Assembly (NCBI GenBank): GCA_951406725.2
Contig: OX597819.1
Location: 94,364,001 to 94,428,000, forward strand
Reading direction: 5' to 3'
DNA length: 64,000 bases
Origin: Octopus vulgaris
Taxonomy: Eukaryota
Shown: one piece after another, positions 13,272 to 25,324 of the stretch
Position numbering within the stretch: position 1 is the first letter of the stretch
Layout of the letters: every line of letters begins with the position of its first letter
Notes under the pieces: generated by a model
Seen by the model: only the letters and a program-made list of their open reading frames with translations
Database searches by the model: none
Told to the model about the DNA's origin: nothing
Program-made: the position numbers and the translations under genes

Positions 13272-13312
<41 letters not shown>

Positions 13313-13319
13313 TATATAA

Positions 13320-13378
<59 letters not shown>

Positions 13379-13494
13379 TAATATATATATATATACACAT
13401 ATATATATATATATACATACATATATATATATATACATATATATACATATATATACCATATTACCATATATATATATATATATATACATACCGT

Positions 13495-13529
<35 letters not shown>

Positions 13530-13561
13530 ATATATATATATGTGTGTGTACAGTATATATA

Positions 13562-13688
13562 TGGAAAAAAGTCAATAATTTTATAAAAGACATTGTTGAA
13601 AAAGTTGAAAAATTCTCAATGACTGAAACCGGTACTGAAATGTTTTTTATAAAATTATTTTAGCATTTTCTACCTTGACTTTTTTCCA
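13562..13688. mobile_element. small fold-back element with U3-A8 hammerhead motif
   Basis: Inverted ends tggaaaaaagtcaa...ttgacttttttcca. Internal AG-UUGAAAA-auuc(ucaau)gacu-GAAA-CCGG-UA-CU at 13603-13636. The same family occurs at 42214-42340. Confidence 0.6.
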
Positions 13689-13746
13689 CGTGTGTGTGTG
13701 TGTGTGTGTGCGCGCGCATGTGTGTATGTGTGTGCTATGTATATAT

Positions 13747-14670
13747 GAAAACTGAAATATATTTAAATAATACAAACCCTTTATGTGAGTGAAATATTAA
13801 CGTAAATGTATTCTTTCTGTGCTTCTGATATGCAGGAAAAAAAAGAGTGGACCATTTCAACATTTGTTAACAGCAATTAAAATTCAGTTGCCAAATAAGC
13901 ATTCATAAATTAGGCTAACCTCATACTGGATAGCCTAATTTGCATATTTGAGCTTCTGACAGCTTGTAAGTGATATTTGGGCTTTATAATATTTTTTTAT
14001 ATTTATTTCAGTTCTTCACTATGTTTTGCATAAGATAAACATTGTTCAATTAATGAGGAGCTGTAAAAAGCACAAATATGCAAATTAGACTATCCATTAT
14101 GCTGTTAGCTTAATCTATGACTACTTTATATTGTAGCTTCATATTCTCTCCTATTGATTGGAAAAAAAGAGCCAGGTGTATCTCTGAGGAACAGTCAATA
14201 CACCATGAAACAGTCCATCAGGAGACTCCCTCTCTCCTTTCTTTTCTGCTTACCAAAAGCATAAAAGGAATGTTTTTACATTTTATTTCCCCCACAGAAA
14301 GGCTTTATAATATTTAAATTTCAGTTCTTCTGATTCACACTATGTTTTTCATAAAATAGATATTTTTTGATTGACAACAAACTGCCAAATGTACAAATAT
14401 GCAAATTAGGCAATTTAGTATGATTTAGCCTAAATTATGATTGCTTTATATTGCAACTGATTACTCAATGTTTTTGATTGGGGGAAGGAAATTTTGTATG
14501 TCTTCTCTGAGGAGCAGTCAACAAACCATAAAAGGGTTCATCGGGTGACTTCCCCACTCTTTTTTTCTGCACAATTACATAGAAGGAATGTATTTACATT
14601 CTTATTTCACCAACAGAGAAACTTTGTGATATTTAAATTTATTTCAGTTTTCCTGATTCATATTGTAATG
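13747..14670 (+). mobile_element. retrozyme-like tandem array (two ~323-bp units plus inverted partial unit)
   Basis: Direct units start at about 13982 and 14303 (ctttataatattt...). Each has ATGCAAAT, GATTGG and CTGAGGA...(G/A)AAA. Segment 13747-13965 is an inverted partial copy. The array is flanked by TG/TA microsatellites. Confidence 0.65.
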
Positions 14671-14687
14671 TGTATTATATACATATA

Positions 14688-14732
<45 letters not shown>

Positions 14733-14767
14733 ATACACACACACATATACATACATATATATATGTG

Positions 14768-14799
<32 letters not shown>

Positions 14800-15129
14800 A
14801 ACACATTCAACCACATGTACACATATACCCACACATACACGTATGTCATAGAATTAGAATATGCAAAATATTGTATAATGAGAAATTGTTAGTTATTTAT
14901 GTTGGAACATCAAAATTACAATCATGTTTGGCTCTCTAAATCTAATCTGATCTCTTCTCAATGTTTTGCTGACACATGCTAACATTTATTGTTTCCATGC
15001 AGAGATTATGAAAAATTCAGTATCTTAAAATATTGGAATATGTCTGAACATCCAAACTGTATCATTACAATAGAACAATTTGAAAGGTGATTATGGAATG
15101 TTAGTTAGTAGTTTACTTTCAATGTCTTC

Positions 15130-16030
15130 CTGAAAACATCACAGCATAAAGAATATCAGTCCATAACCACCTCAGGTATAACAGAAACCCAGGCGATGTC
15201 AATAGTAATCTTCTGGCCCAAACCAAGAGCTGAAATGCAAGAAGACCGTCTTTTTAACTATACCTCATAAATTCTTTACGGCATTCAGGGTAGATGAGTT
15301 ATTTAGTCAAAGAAGAATGCTGATGTCATTTTCAGTAAACCAAGAAATGGTTTCTGGTACACAAACTATGTATCATCATATAACTGTTTTCTGACAGAAG
15401 CTTGTAGTACTCCAAGACATCTTATGGATCACTACATTGGCTGAAAACCTGAGAAGACAGAATTGCCCAACCCTTGCATAAAACATGATATTTTACTAAC
15501 TGGGAGAACTTTATGCTGGTTATTAACCAGCTAGGGTTCCATTTTTCTCTGGCCCTACACCAAAATTCTGCAATTTTGGTTTCCGAGTGAAATAGAAAAT
15601 TTACCCTCGTGAGAAAACAACACTTTTGCCCTCTACTAAATAGTTCACTTTAGTTTCTTTTTGACCCAAGTAGAACATTCATGATACTGTCTGTTGTTCA
15701 GAAAAGAATTGATGCTGTGTAATTTACTGTTGTACCTAATACTTTGAAGCGATCTGAGTACAGAGGCTCTTAGTACACTAACTTCTGTATCTGCCTCTTT
15801 TTTACAGATTGTCTCACATAGTCAAATTGGTTTTTTCCATGGTTCTCTTCAGGCTGCTGCAATTGCACCACTTTCTATCACACCTTTCTCATCTAGAGGT
15901 TCCACATAGACGCTTTGACACAGAACTCTAAGAACAACCAGCTTTTTTTATGTGCTGTATGTCAATGATGGTCTTTTTAACAACTATTACATAAGAGGTT
16001 TTCTCCAAGATTGCAAAACCAGAATTTTCT
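15130..16030 (-). pseudogene. highly decayed Tc1-like transposase relic
   Basis: Minus strand 15250-15352 reads TISWFTENDISILL*LNNSSTLNAVKNL*GIVKK, resembling the Tc1 motif WF..n.I.vL.WP.nSPDLNPIENLWgivK. Boundaries are uncertain. Confidence 0.5.
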
Positions 16031-16061
<31 letters not shown>

Positions 16062-16321
16062 CTCACACACATAATAAAAGCATTAGCTAAAGAAGCATTA
16101 CTCAAATGTATTCAGACAGTATTATTGTAATATTTTGAGATAAGCAGAATCTTCGTATTCTTTGCAGCATTCTTACACTTGTTTGCCAACAGTAATCATT
16201 CTAGGAATTAGTTAGATTATTCACAGACTGAAATGAAACACTACTATCACATTTATTGTGTGTGGAAAAAACAACTTTAGCAACTATTCTAATTTTCTGA
16301 GACATACTTATAATACATACA

Positions 16322-16355
<34 letters not shown>

Positions 16356-16757
16356 TAAAAAGAATTCAAACTGTATTCTGACCAATCAGTGTGTAGTATC
16401 ACTCAATTACTTAAGCTGATTGGTTGGTTGAGCTGATTGGTTTAGGCATCACGCTTTGTTGGACAGGTCAAGAGTCCTGTATCTTGACCCTGGCCGAAGC
16501 AGCAATTGTTGGGTTATTTTTAGAAATGTTGTAAATATCCTTTGTCAGAGATTTTTATATTTTTATATTTCAATTGTCATCATCATCATTGTCAGCACCT
16601 TAATTATTGTTGCTAGTGGTGATGGTGGTGGCAATAGAACTTTTAACCCTAAATAAGATAATTTTCCTGCTATCTTCGTCTTGATCACCTTTAGTATTGT
16701 TGTTGTTGTTAGTGGTCATGGTCGTAGCAGTGGAAGTAATACCTCTAAGTATTATTA

Positions 16758-19700
16758 TTATTGCTTATTTAGCTTGGGTTCGAATTTATCAATAAAATTC
16801 TTTTCTCTGATTTTCCTCTCGATTTCACTTGGGCTGTGTAATTTGTAGAATGGAAATATTATATATATTTTCCGACCACATGTTGCTAGGTGGTTACTCA
16901 AAGGTATCTGACGGACCTCTGGGTCTCTAATCTGTTGCCGGTGTACACGTGAGCGTTCTAATAGTGCGTTTCCCGTCTGACCTACATATATTTCTTCACA
17001 ATTTGGGCATTTGATGCAGTAAATTAAATTTCTGCTTTTGCAGTTCATATTCGCGTTTGTGAATATTTTCCCGGTTTTTGTGTTTATATATTGACCGGTA
17101 TGTATGAATTGGCATGTGCCACATCGGCTATCATTGCATTTAGATACCGTGAATGTTTGGTCTTTGTTGCTGAGGTCAAATTTTGCCTTTGTTAGTAATG
17201 TTTTCAAGTTTTTAGGCTGTCTTTTACTAAGCACCATAGCTCGATCCTTGATTATGTCTTTTAATTCATTACTTTGGGCAATGATTGGTAGGTTTGCTTT
17301 GGCAATGTTGAAGATATTCTGGTGACATGGGTTGTGTGTCACTATGAATGGTATGACTTGTTCTTGTTTTCCTCTTCCTTGGGTTGTCCTAAGTTGTTGT
17401 ATAGGTATTTTTATAGCCCGCTGTATGCCATTTTCTATAAGTAGAGATGGGTATTTTTGTTTGAGCAAAAATTCTCTTAGTTCTATTAGGCGTTTGTTCC
17501 TGATATTTGCATCTTCTACAATAGTACAAATTCTTCTGGCTAGGCAGTATGGGATGTTACGTTTTGTATGTGGTGGATGGCACGACTTAAAATTTAGGTA
17601 TTGATGTGTGTCTGTGTGTTTATAGTATATATCTGTGGTGATGGTGGTGTCTTTTTTAATTACCATTATATCCAGGAATGGTAATTTGGTACTACTCATC
17701 TCCTTTGTAAATTTGAGAGATGGGTGTAGGTTGTTCAGGAGGATATTGAACTCTTCCAGAGTATTTAGAGATTCTGTCAGATTATGAAACAGTCGTCTAG
17801 GTATCTCTTCCATGCCTTTTCAATATACTTTCTAAATCCAGTGCCATAGTTTACCTCCACCTCTTGGTAGAGTTGTTCTTCTAAGTATCCCATTACAGAG
17901 TTGGCGTAAACGGGAGCAAACCTCGTTCCCATCGCCGTGCCTCTAATTTGGATGTAATTCTTTCCATTGAAGAAGAATGTGTTATTTTCTAGAATAAGTT
18001 TGACTGTCTAATATAAATGGCACTGTGAATCTGCTGGGAATCACTTCTCTATGTTTTTCTAACCAGTATTTAATCGCCTTTATTCCTAAATCGTGTGGAA
18101 TATTGGTGTAGAGGAGCTTACCACATCAAAACTTAGTAAAACTGAATTTGTTTCTGTTGTTTTGGGAAGATGGGACAGGAAGTCGATGTCATCCCTGATG
18201 AAACTTGGTATGTAAGTACATAGTGGTTTCAAAACAATGTCAATAAAATTGCTTAGACGGTGTGTAGGGCATGCTGGACCAGCTATAATAGGTCTAAGTT
18301 TTAGGTCTTTTGGATGTAATAATTTTATGTACTCACTTTCTTGTTCTTTTACTGCCTGTTGAATGTTTTTTGATTTGTGTATTTTTGGTAAGCCGTAGAA
18401 GTTGCTGGGTTTTGGTTCAAAATTGGTGATGTAGTCTTTTTCATTATCCGTAAGTGAGTTGTGGTGTGTTGAAATCAGGTTGTTGATCTTTTTCATGATG
18501 TGGTGGTCTATATTTGCGGGTATTTCACAATAGAAGGTTGTATCCTTCAGTTGGTCTTCAACCAAATCCTTATAGTATTCGGTATCCATAATAACAATTG
18601 CACCACCTTTATCTGCTTGTTTAATTACTATTGTTTGATCGTTTTGTATACGTTTACATGCAGACATCTCTGATTTGCTAATGTTTGGCCTAACATTGGT
18701 ATTGCGTCTAAGGGGAAATTTAGACAGGATATCAATGTATTGGTCAAGGTAGTTATTTCTTCCTTTTGGTGGGGTGAAATTTGATTTATTCCTTACTAGG
18801 GATTCATCAATCTCATTACTTTTGTTAGCGAAGAATTCTACAAGTCGTAATTTTCGACAGAATTTTTGGATATCCTCCTTTAATTCTTGGTGGTTGGCTG
18901 TTGGTGTAGGTGTGAATTTCAGTCCTTTTGACAGAAGTTGGATTTCATCATTGTCAAGATCTCTTTTTGATAAATTAATTATTTTAGGATCTATACGTTC
19001 AGTTGTTTGGGGTATGTTTCCTCTTGGATTTTTCTTTCTCCGGTGTTTGTTGTCCTGACGTAAAAAAATGGATTTTTTTCTGGTTATGATTTATATTCCT
19101 GTTGGTGTTTGCTTGATGAATTTTGCGTTTTGGTTGTGGTACTTTACTTGGTTTCGTTATGTTTTCTGTCTTGTTTTTGGTATTATGTATGCTACTTTTC
19201 AATTTCTTGTTAGCATTGTTTTTAACCACCTGCAGAAATGATCTGGGTTTACTTCTAGATCTAGATCGGTTTTTTGTCCAGTTTCTTGTGGGTAATCTCT
19301 GTTGAGGTCTTGAAAATGATCTCCTGTTATTTCTACTGCTAATGGTCTGTTCAAAACAATATCTATTTTGTTTGTGCTTTTTGTTCATGTTGTGTGCATT
19401 AGGGTGTTTGCATACAAAATGGGAAGAGTTCTTACCGTAGTTCGTCTTCGATTCGTGGTGAAACGGGTGTTCATGTTGCCACGTGTTCTGGTGTATGTTG
19501 CGTTGGTGAGGTTGTCCACTTTTAATGCTATTTCTCGGAGTTCTGGTGTCTTTACCGTAATTTGTAGCATATTTGTCGAGAAATAATTGTTTCCGCTGCC
19601 AAAACTTTCTTGATCTGCTTTCTTCTTTTGAGATATCTCTGATCCATAGTTCTCGCATTTTTTCTGCTATATTGCCGGTCGTTAGTTTGGATATTTCATC

Positions 19701-20039
19701 TCTGATTTGATCATCGATAGCTTCGTATTTGGCTTTGTAGCGGGATTGTTTAGACAGGGTAATGGAGATGTCGGTCCTGAATTTTATCAAACTAAGGTCC
19801 CATCGAAGTTTAGTTTCTTCCTCTGGTTCTCCTGCAATTTCTTTAATTAGGTACTTCCGAGGAAGTATGGGTGCCGCTAAAGATATCCATTTCGAATGTA
19901 TTTCAGCATATTTTTCGCATTTATATGCCTTCCAGAAGTTTTGTTTTCTTATGTTAAGGAGTTTTTTCCATGTCTTCTGTATCTCTTCTCTTTTTCGGTG
20001 TGCCTCTTTTTCCAGATTTCTTTCGTTTATTTCTGACAT
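16758..20039 (-). pseudogene. Penelope RT-GIY-YIG polyprotein, about 1090 codons, 4 frameshifts
   Basis: Motifs: LLSKGLKFTPTP, IKQADKGGAIVIM, FYGLPKIHK, LRPIIAG, SFDVVS(L)YTNIP, GTAMGTRFAPVYAN, RYLDD (17792-17803), LPFLD, CNDSRCGTC, NLIYCIKCPNC..YVGQTG, R.RVH, H, REKNFI..F.P.LN. Confidence 0.9.
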
Positions 20040-20078
20040 CCAAGTAATGAATTAAAAGACATAATCAAGGATCGAGCT

Positions 20079-20558
20079 ATGGTGCTTAGTAAAAGACAGC
20101 CTAAAAACTTGAAAACATTACTAACAAAGGCAAAATTTGACCTCAGCAACAAAGACCAAACATTCACGGTATCTAAATGCAATGATAGCCGATGTGGCAC
20201 ATGCCAATTCATACATACCGGTCAATATATAAACACAAAAACCGGGAAAATATTCACAAACGCGAATATGAACTGCAAAAGCAGAAATTTAATTTACTGC
20301 ATCAAATGCCCAAATTGTGAAGAAATATATGTAGGTCAGACGGGAAACGCACTATTAGAACGCTCACGTGTACACCGGCAACAGATTAGAGACCCAGAGG
20401 TCCGTCAGATACCTTTGAGTAACCACCTAGCAACATGTGGTCGGAAAATATATATAATATTTCCATTCTACAAATTACACAGCCCAAGTGAAATCGAGAG
20501 GAAAATCAGAGAAAAGAATTTTATTGATAAATTCGAACCCAAGCTAAATAAGCAATAA
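20079..20558 (+). CDS. GIY-YIG endonuclease domain in inverted Penelope arm (duplicate of 16758-17237)
   Basis: The 159-aa ORF is identical in translation to the C-terminus of the minus-strand ORF. Confidence 0.6.
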   Translation: MVLSKRQPKNLKTLLTKAKFDLSNKDQTFTVSKCNDSRCGTCQFIHTGQYINTKTGKIFTNANMNCKSRNLIYCIKCPNCEEIYVGQTGNALLERSRVHRQQIRDPEVRQIPLSNHLATCGRKIYIIFPFYKLHSPSEIERKIREKNFIDKFEPKLNKQ

Positions 20559-20873
20559 TAATAATACTTAGAGGTATTACTTCCACTGCTACGACCATGA
20601 CCACTAACAACAACAACAATACTAAAGGTGATCAAGACGAAGATAGCAGGAAAATTATCTTATTTAGGGTTAAAAGTTCTATTGCCACCACCATCACCAC
20701 TAGCAACAATAATTAAGGTGCTGACAATGATGATGATGACAATTGAAATATAAAAATATAAAAATCTCTGACAAAGGATATTTACAACATTTCTAAAAAT
20801 AACCCAACAATTGCTGCTTCGGCCAGGGTCAAGATACAGGACTCTTGACCTGTCCAACAAAGCGTGATGCCTA

Positions 20874-21010
20874 AACCAATCAGCTCAACCAACCAATCAG
20901 CTTAAGTAATTGAGTGATACTACACACTGATTGGTCAGAATACAGTTTGCAAAACCTAGCACTCTGGAGCCTACCCAGCTGTATTTATAGCACAGAATCA
21001 CTCATCTCGC
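20874..21010 (+). promoter_or_regulatory. putative pseudo-LTR Pol II promoter (CCAAT x3, TATA-like)
   Basis: aaccaatcag occurs twice and ctgattgg once, followed by tatttatag at about 20982 and an Inr-like ctcatct about 20 nt downstream, just upstream of the hammerhead. Confidence 0.45.
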
Positions 21011-21052
21011 TACAGTCAAAAATTATGAAGCATGACTGTCAACACTACTACA

Positions 21053-21097
21053 TGAACCCGAAGATTGCAGAATTCAATGCATGAAAGTACTAGTTCA
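21053..21097 (+). ncRNA. minimal type I hammerhead ribozyme of Penelope pLTR (U4C variant)
   Basis: UGAAC-CCGAAGA-u-UGCA(gaauucaa)UGCA-u-GAAA-GUAC-UA-GUUCA. Stem I is a perfect 5 bp and stem III is the palindrome AGUACU. Predicted cleavage is after 21092. Confidence 0.7.
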
Positions 21098-21259
21098 ATC
21101 AGAATGAATATTTAACATTCTACTATTTCATTTTATTTTATTCAATTATAATATATTATCTTATAATATATCATTATAAGATTGTAAATAAAACGTGAAA
21201 ATCAGACAAGGTTGGAATTCTTTTTATTAATATATTCTTCTATACACAATCACACACAC

Positions 21260-21303
<44 letters not shown>

Positions 21304-21554
21304 GTATGTGTATGTGTTTGTGCAGGTGTGTGTGTGTGTGTGTGTGTGTGTGTCTGTGTGTCTGTGTCTGTGTCTGTGTGTGTGTACATTGATTTACGTC
21401 AAACAAATGAGAGAAGAGTGCTCAATACATGTTGTATAGGATTTGGATTTTTATTGAAACTGAATCTTGAATCACAAGACAAACTATCAGTTTCAGTTCA
21501 TATGTATATATGTAATATATATATATACATATATATATTTATGTGTATATATAC

Positions 21555-21621
<67 letters not shown>

Positions 21622-23406
21622 TATACATATATATATACATATATATATACACACACACACATATGCACACGCACACACAATTTGTGTATAGCTTTCAATC
21701 ATTTTTTTTTGTGGGTGTTTACACATACTTATATGCTTTCCTTAAAGCATAATATATTGGTTAGATTTACGAATTTAATAGGAAAATATCATGTGATTGT
21801 GGCTGGGTGTGTGATAACTAGAATTTCAGACATACCTTATAGTTTCATACAGATAAGCTCATTTGGAGGTGATTGTAATCTTCAGTTAGATGAACCTACT
21901 AAAGACTGCAATAACCACAAATGGTGAATATCTTATATGAAACTAGGGTATGAGCTTAAAATTTTATGTACATGCACATAAGAAATTTAAAACGCACTTC
22001 TACAACAAATGTATTTGTTCAATATATTACAATAAACAAACATACAAACAATATGTGTATTTATAATCAAATGAAAATAAATAATGCTTTTTGGTTGAAA
22101 AAAGAAGTAAAAAAACTTCTTTCTCTCTTAAAATACAAATAGGTTTCAGCTGACAGCAGTAGATTTGGTCGTGTCTAACATTTTATTATTTTGTAAGACA
22201 TTTTATGAACAATAGCAACATTGCTAACAGGGTTTTCAAGCATCCAATTACTCATTCACTACATTTCTGAAAGTAAGAGTAAGCAGGGAATTGCCTGTGC
22301 AACTTGGACAAAACAAATACCCCCACAGAGTATTGTTATTTGAAGTTGGTGGTCTTTTGGTTTTCTAACTAATGTTTACATTTTTCATCAATGTATATCA
22401 GTAAAAGATATACATATATACATAAGTAGATGCACACATACATGCATACATAAATACATGCATAGATACATGCATATTATATACATACATACACACATAC
22501 AAAAATATATTCATGCATAAAGATATACATAAATATATACACAATACATATATACATACATACATACAAAAATACATTCATACATGCATAAAGACATACA
22601 TAAATACATACACAATACATACATACATACTTAAATAATAGATACATATATACAAAAATACATACATATAAATATATTCACAATACTTACAAACATAAAC
22701 GCATACAAAGAGACATACTTAAATACATATATGCATACGTATATAAATACATACAAGCATAAATATAGACATAATACTTACATACATACATACATAAATA
22801 CATATTTGGGTTTTCAAAACCAAGTAGGAGGAAGTTAATTAGAATATTAAAGATACAAACCATCAATGGAACTGTCAAAATATATAGAACTTACCAAAAA
22901 TTTAGCATACGTAAACTTTCCAAAAGTTTAGCATATAGATTCATATACATATATATAGATATACAACAATATGTATGAGTATACATATCTAAAGCAAAAC
23001 ATAAAGATTTGCATGTGCAATGTTCCAAATAATTGCACATGTACACATATACATACCAATGAAAGGTCCTTAGATCTAGTTAAGAAATCAGCTCTTTGTC
23101 CATTGGCAAGAAAATCTAGAAATAAAAGCAAATGGTAACATATATATATACATACACACTTGCATGCATGCATGCATGCATACATGCATACATACATACA
23201 TACATACATACATACATACATACGAAATATCAGCCAAATACCTGATGCCCAAAGGGACAGAGATGCGGGAAAAGCTGTAAAATGTGAAAACCAAACCAAT
23301 GCAGACTTTGTGGAGTTAGCATCAAAGATATCACCCACATCATAAGTAGTTGTGGAAAACAGACATTAAATGATGAGGGGATATATATATATATATATAT
23401 ATACAT

Positions 23407-23438
<32 letters not shown>

Positions 23439-24500
23439 TTATATATATATATATATATGCATATATATGTATATATGTGTGTATGTGAGTGTATATATGT
23501 GTATATGTGCACATGCATGTGTGTGTGTGTCACCTTCCCTTGACATCACATGATAATCATGAGTGCCACTGTCATACATGTGGTGTCCTTTGTTTCCAGT
23601 CTTCCAAGACATGTTTGGCTATAGGGAAATATATTACCCTACTTGAAAACAGTTGAGGGTTGGTGACAGGAAGGGCATCTGCCTCGATGAATTCGGAGTT
23701 GATTTGGTAGACAGAAACTGAAAGAAGCCTGGCATATATATAGTTCAACCCATGCTGTCATGGAAGGCAGATGCTAAATGATGAGGAGATATATATACAT
23801 GCATATGAATATATGTATATATGTGTGTATGCGAGTGTGTGTATGCATATATGTGCATGTTTGTGTGTGTGTGTGTGTGTGTGCGTGCATGTGTGTGTGT
23901 GTGTGTGTTACTGTCCCTTCCCTTGATATCACATGATAATCATAAATGAGTGTCACTGTCATACAAGTGGTGACCTCCATTCCCAGTCTTCCAAGACATG
24001 CTTGATCATGAGGAAAATATTACCTTACTTGAAAATAGATGAGGGCTGGTGAAAGGAAAGGCATCTGCCTTGATGAATCCTGTCTGATCCATGAAAGCAT
24101 GGAACAGTAGACATTGAACAATGATGATGGCCAATGTAAGACAGTGCTTGTATGCGCTAGCTCGTGATGCCTGCATGGTGGGATTCAAACATGGCATGAT
24201 ATGGTCACAAATCAAATTTCTACACCATACAGTTATGTTTGCACTCATAATGCAATACTAAGAAATGTTTATAAAACTAAATGCTTAAATGTTGGCTGAG
24301 AGAGTTGTCGTTAATAAGATTATAATTTTTCAGACTATTAATCTCATTTTGAGATATGAAACTTATTTTAATATTTCCATCTATACTATGTTTCATTAAA
24401 TTTGGACTCTGATCTTTACCAGGTGTTTTATTCCTGGATGTGTCTATAGTACTAGGCTGGGTTTGAACTAGGAAATTATATGCCTATACATGCATCAGTA

Positions 24501-24931
24501 AAGGCGGCGAATTGGCAGAAACGTTAGCATGCCAGGTGAAATGCTTAGCAGTATTTCGTCTGCCGTTACATTCTGAGTTCAAATTCTGCCGAGGTCAACT
24601 TAGCCTTTCATCCTTTCAGGGTAGATAAATTAAGTACCAGTTATGCACTGGGGTCGATGTAATCGACTTAATCCCTTTGTCTGTCCTTGTTTGTCCCCTC
24701 TATGTTTAACCCCTTGCGGGCAATAAAGAAATAAGAAACATTAGCATGCGGAGCAAAATTCTTAGCGATATTTCATCTGTCTTTTTCTTCTGAGTTCAAA
24801 TTCTGCCAAGGTCGACTTTGCCTTTCATCCTTTCAGGGTCAATAAATTAAGTACCAGTTGTGTACTGGGGTCGATCTAATCGACTGGCGCCCTCCCCAAA
24901 AATTTTGGGCTGTGTGCCTAGAGTAGAAAAG
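24501..24931 (+). mobile_element. dimeric family C SINE with 16-bp target-site duplication
   Basis: Two SINE monomers are joined by a ...gggcaataaagaaataag linker. tatacatgcatcagta occurs at 24485-24500 and 24932-24947. Confidence 0.85.
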
Positions 24932-24950
24932 TATACATGCATCAGTAGTA

Positions 24951-25324
24951 TCTCTCTCTATATAAACGGCAGTTTGTCTGTGCGTGTTTCTGTGTGTCTG
25001 TTTGCTTGTACCCTCACCCTGACCACGGCTTTCAACCGATTCTGATGAAACTTGACACACACATAGCCCAATGTCATAATTCAAAACTAACGCAGCGAAA
25101 ATTTTGAAAAGTTCCCCCAGTTCTGAAAAAAATCGATAAATTCGACATGGGGTCGAGAATCACAAACACAAACAGCAAACTGTCTAGGGGACGCAACTCC
25201 ACCTTTTTTAACTAAAAAAAAAATTTACCATCATTTTTTTTGCTATTTTTTGGCTATAACTCTCTAAAAATGCTTTATAGTTATTTCCCTTACAAACCTG
25301 AGCAACGCCGGGCGATACTGCTAG
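24951..25324 (+). mobile_element. non-autonomous Helitron
   Basis: A|TCTCTCTCTATATAAA start and a 3' GC-rich subterminal hairpin (cctgagcaacgccggg) followed by CTAG|T. No TSD. Confidence 0.8.

Larger units (their letters stand above)
16347..21235 (-). mobile_element. Penelope-like retroelement (Neptune-type) with inverted 3' duplication
   Basis: A minus-strand RT + GIY-YIG coding region runs 20039 to 16758. Segment 16367-17274 is the reverse complement of 20042-20949. Both termini end in gaattctttttattaatatat. The left end is embedded in (TA)n. Confidence 0.92.

Noticed and set aside
16456-16656. Identical 66-aa ORF at 16456(+) and 20660(-)
   Set aside because: It is an antisense reading of the Penelope 3' UTR, duplicated by the inverted repeat, with a non-ATG start.
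19060-19072. T-TTT-TTA slippery-like site at the ORF junction
   Set aside because: The downstream frame is +1, not -1, so a homopolymer indel explains it better than programmed frameshifting.
20950-21215. Spliced Penelope intron as explanation for the arm difference
   Set aside because: No GT-AG boundaries on either strand.
23490-24130. Tandem ~400-bp duplication
   Set aside because: It consists of two copies of a common SINE 3' part plus microsatellite, with no hammerhead core seen.
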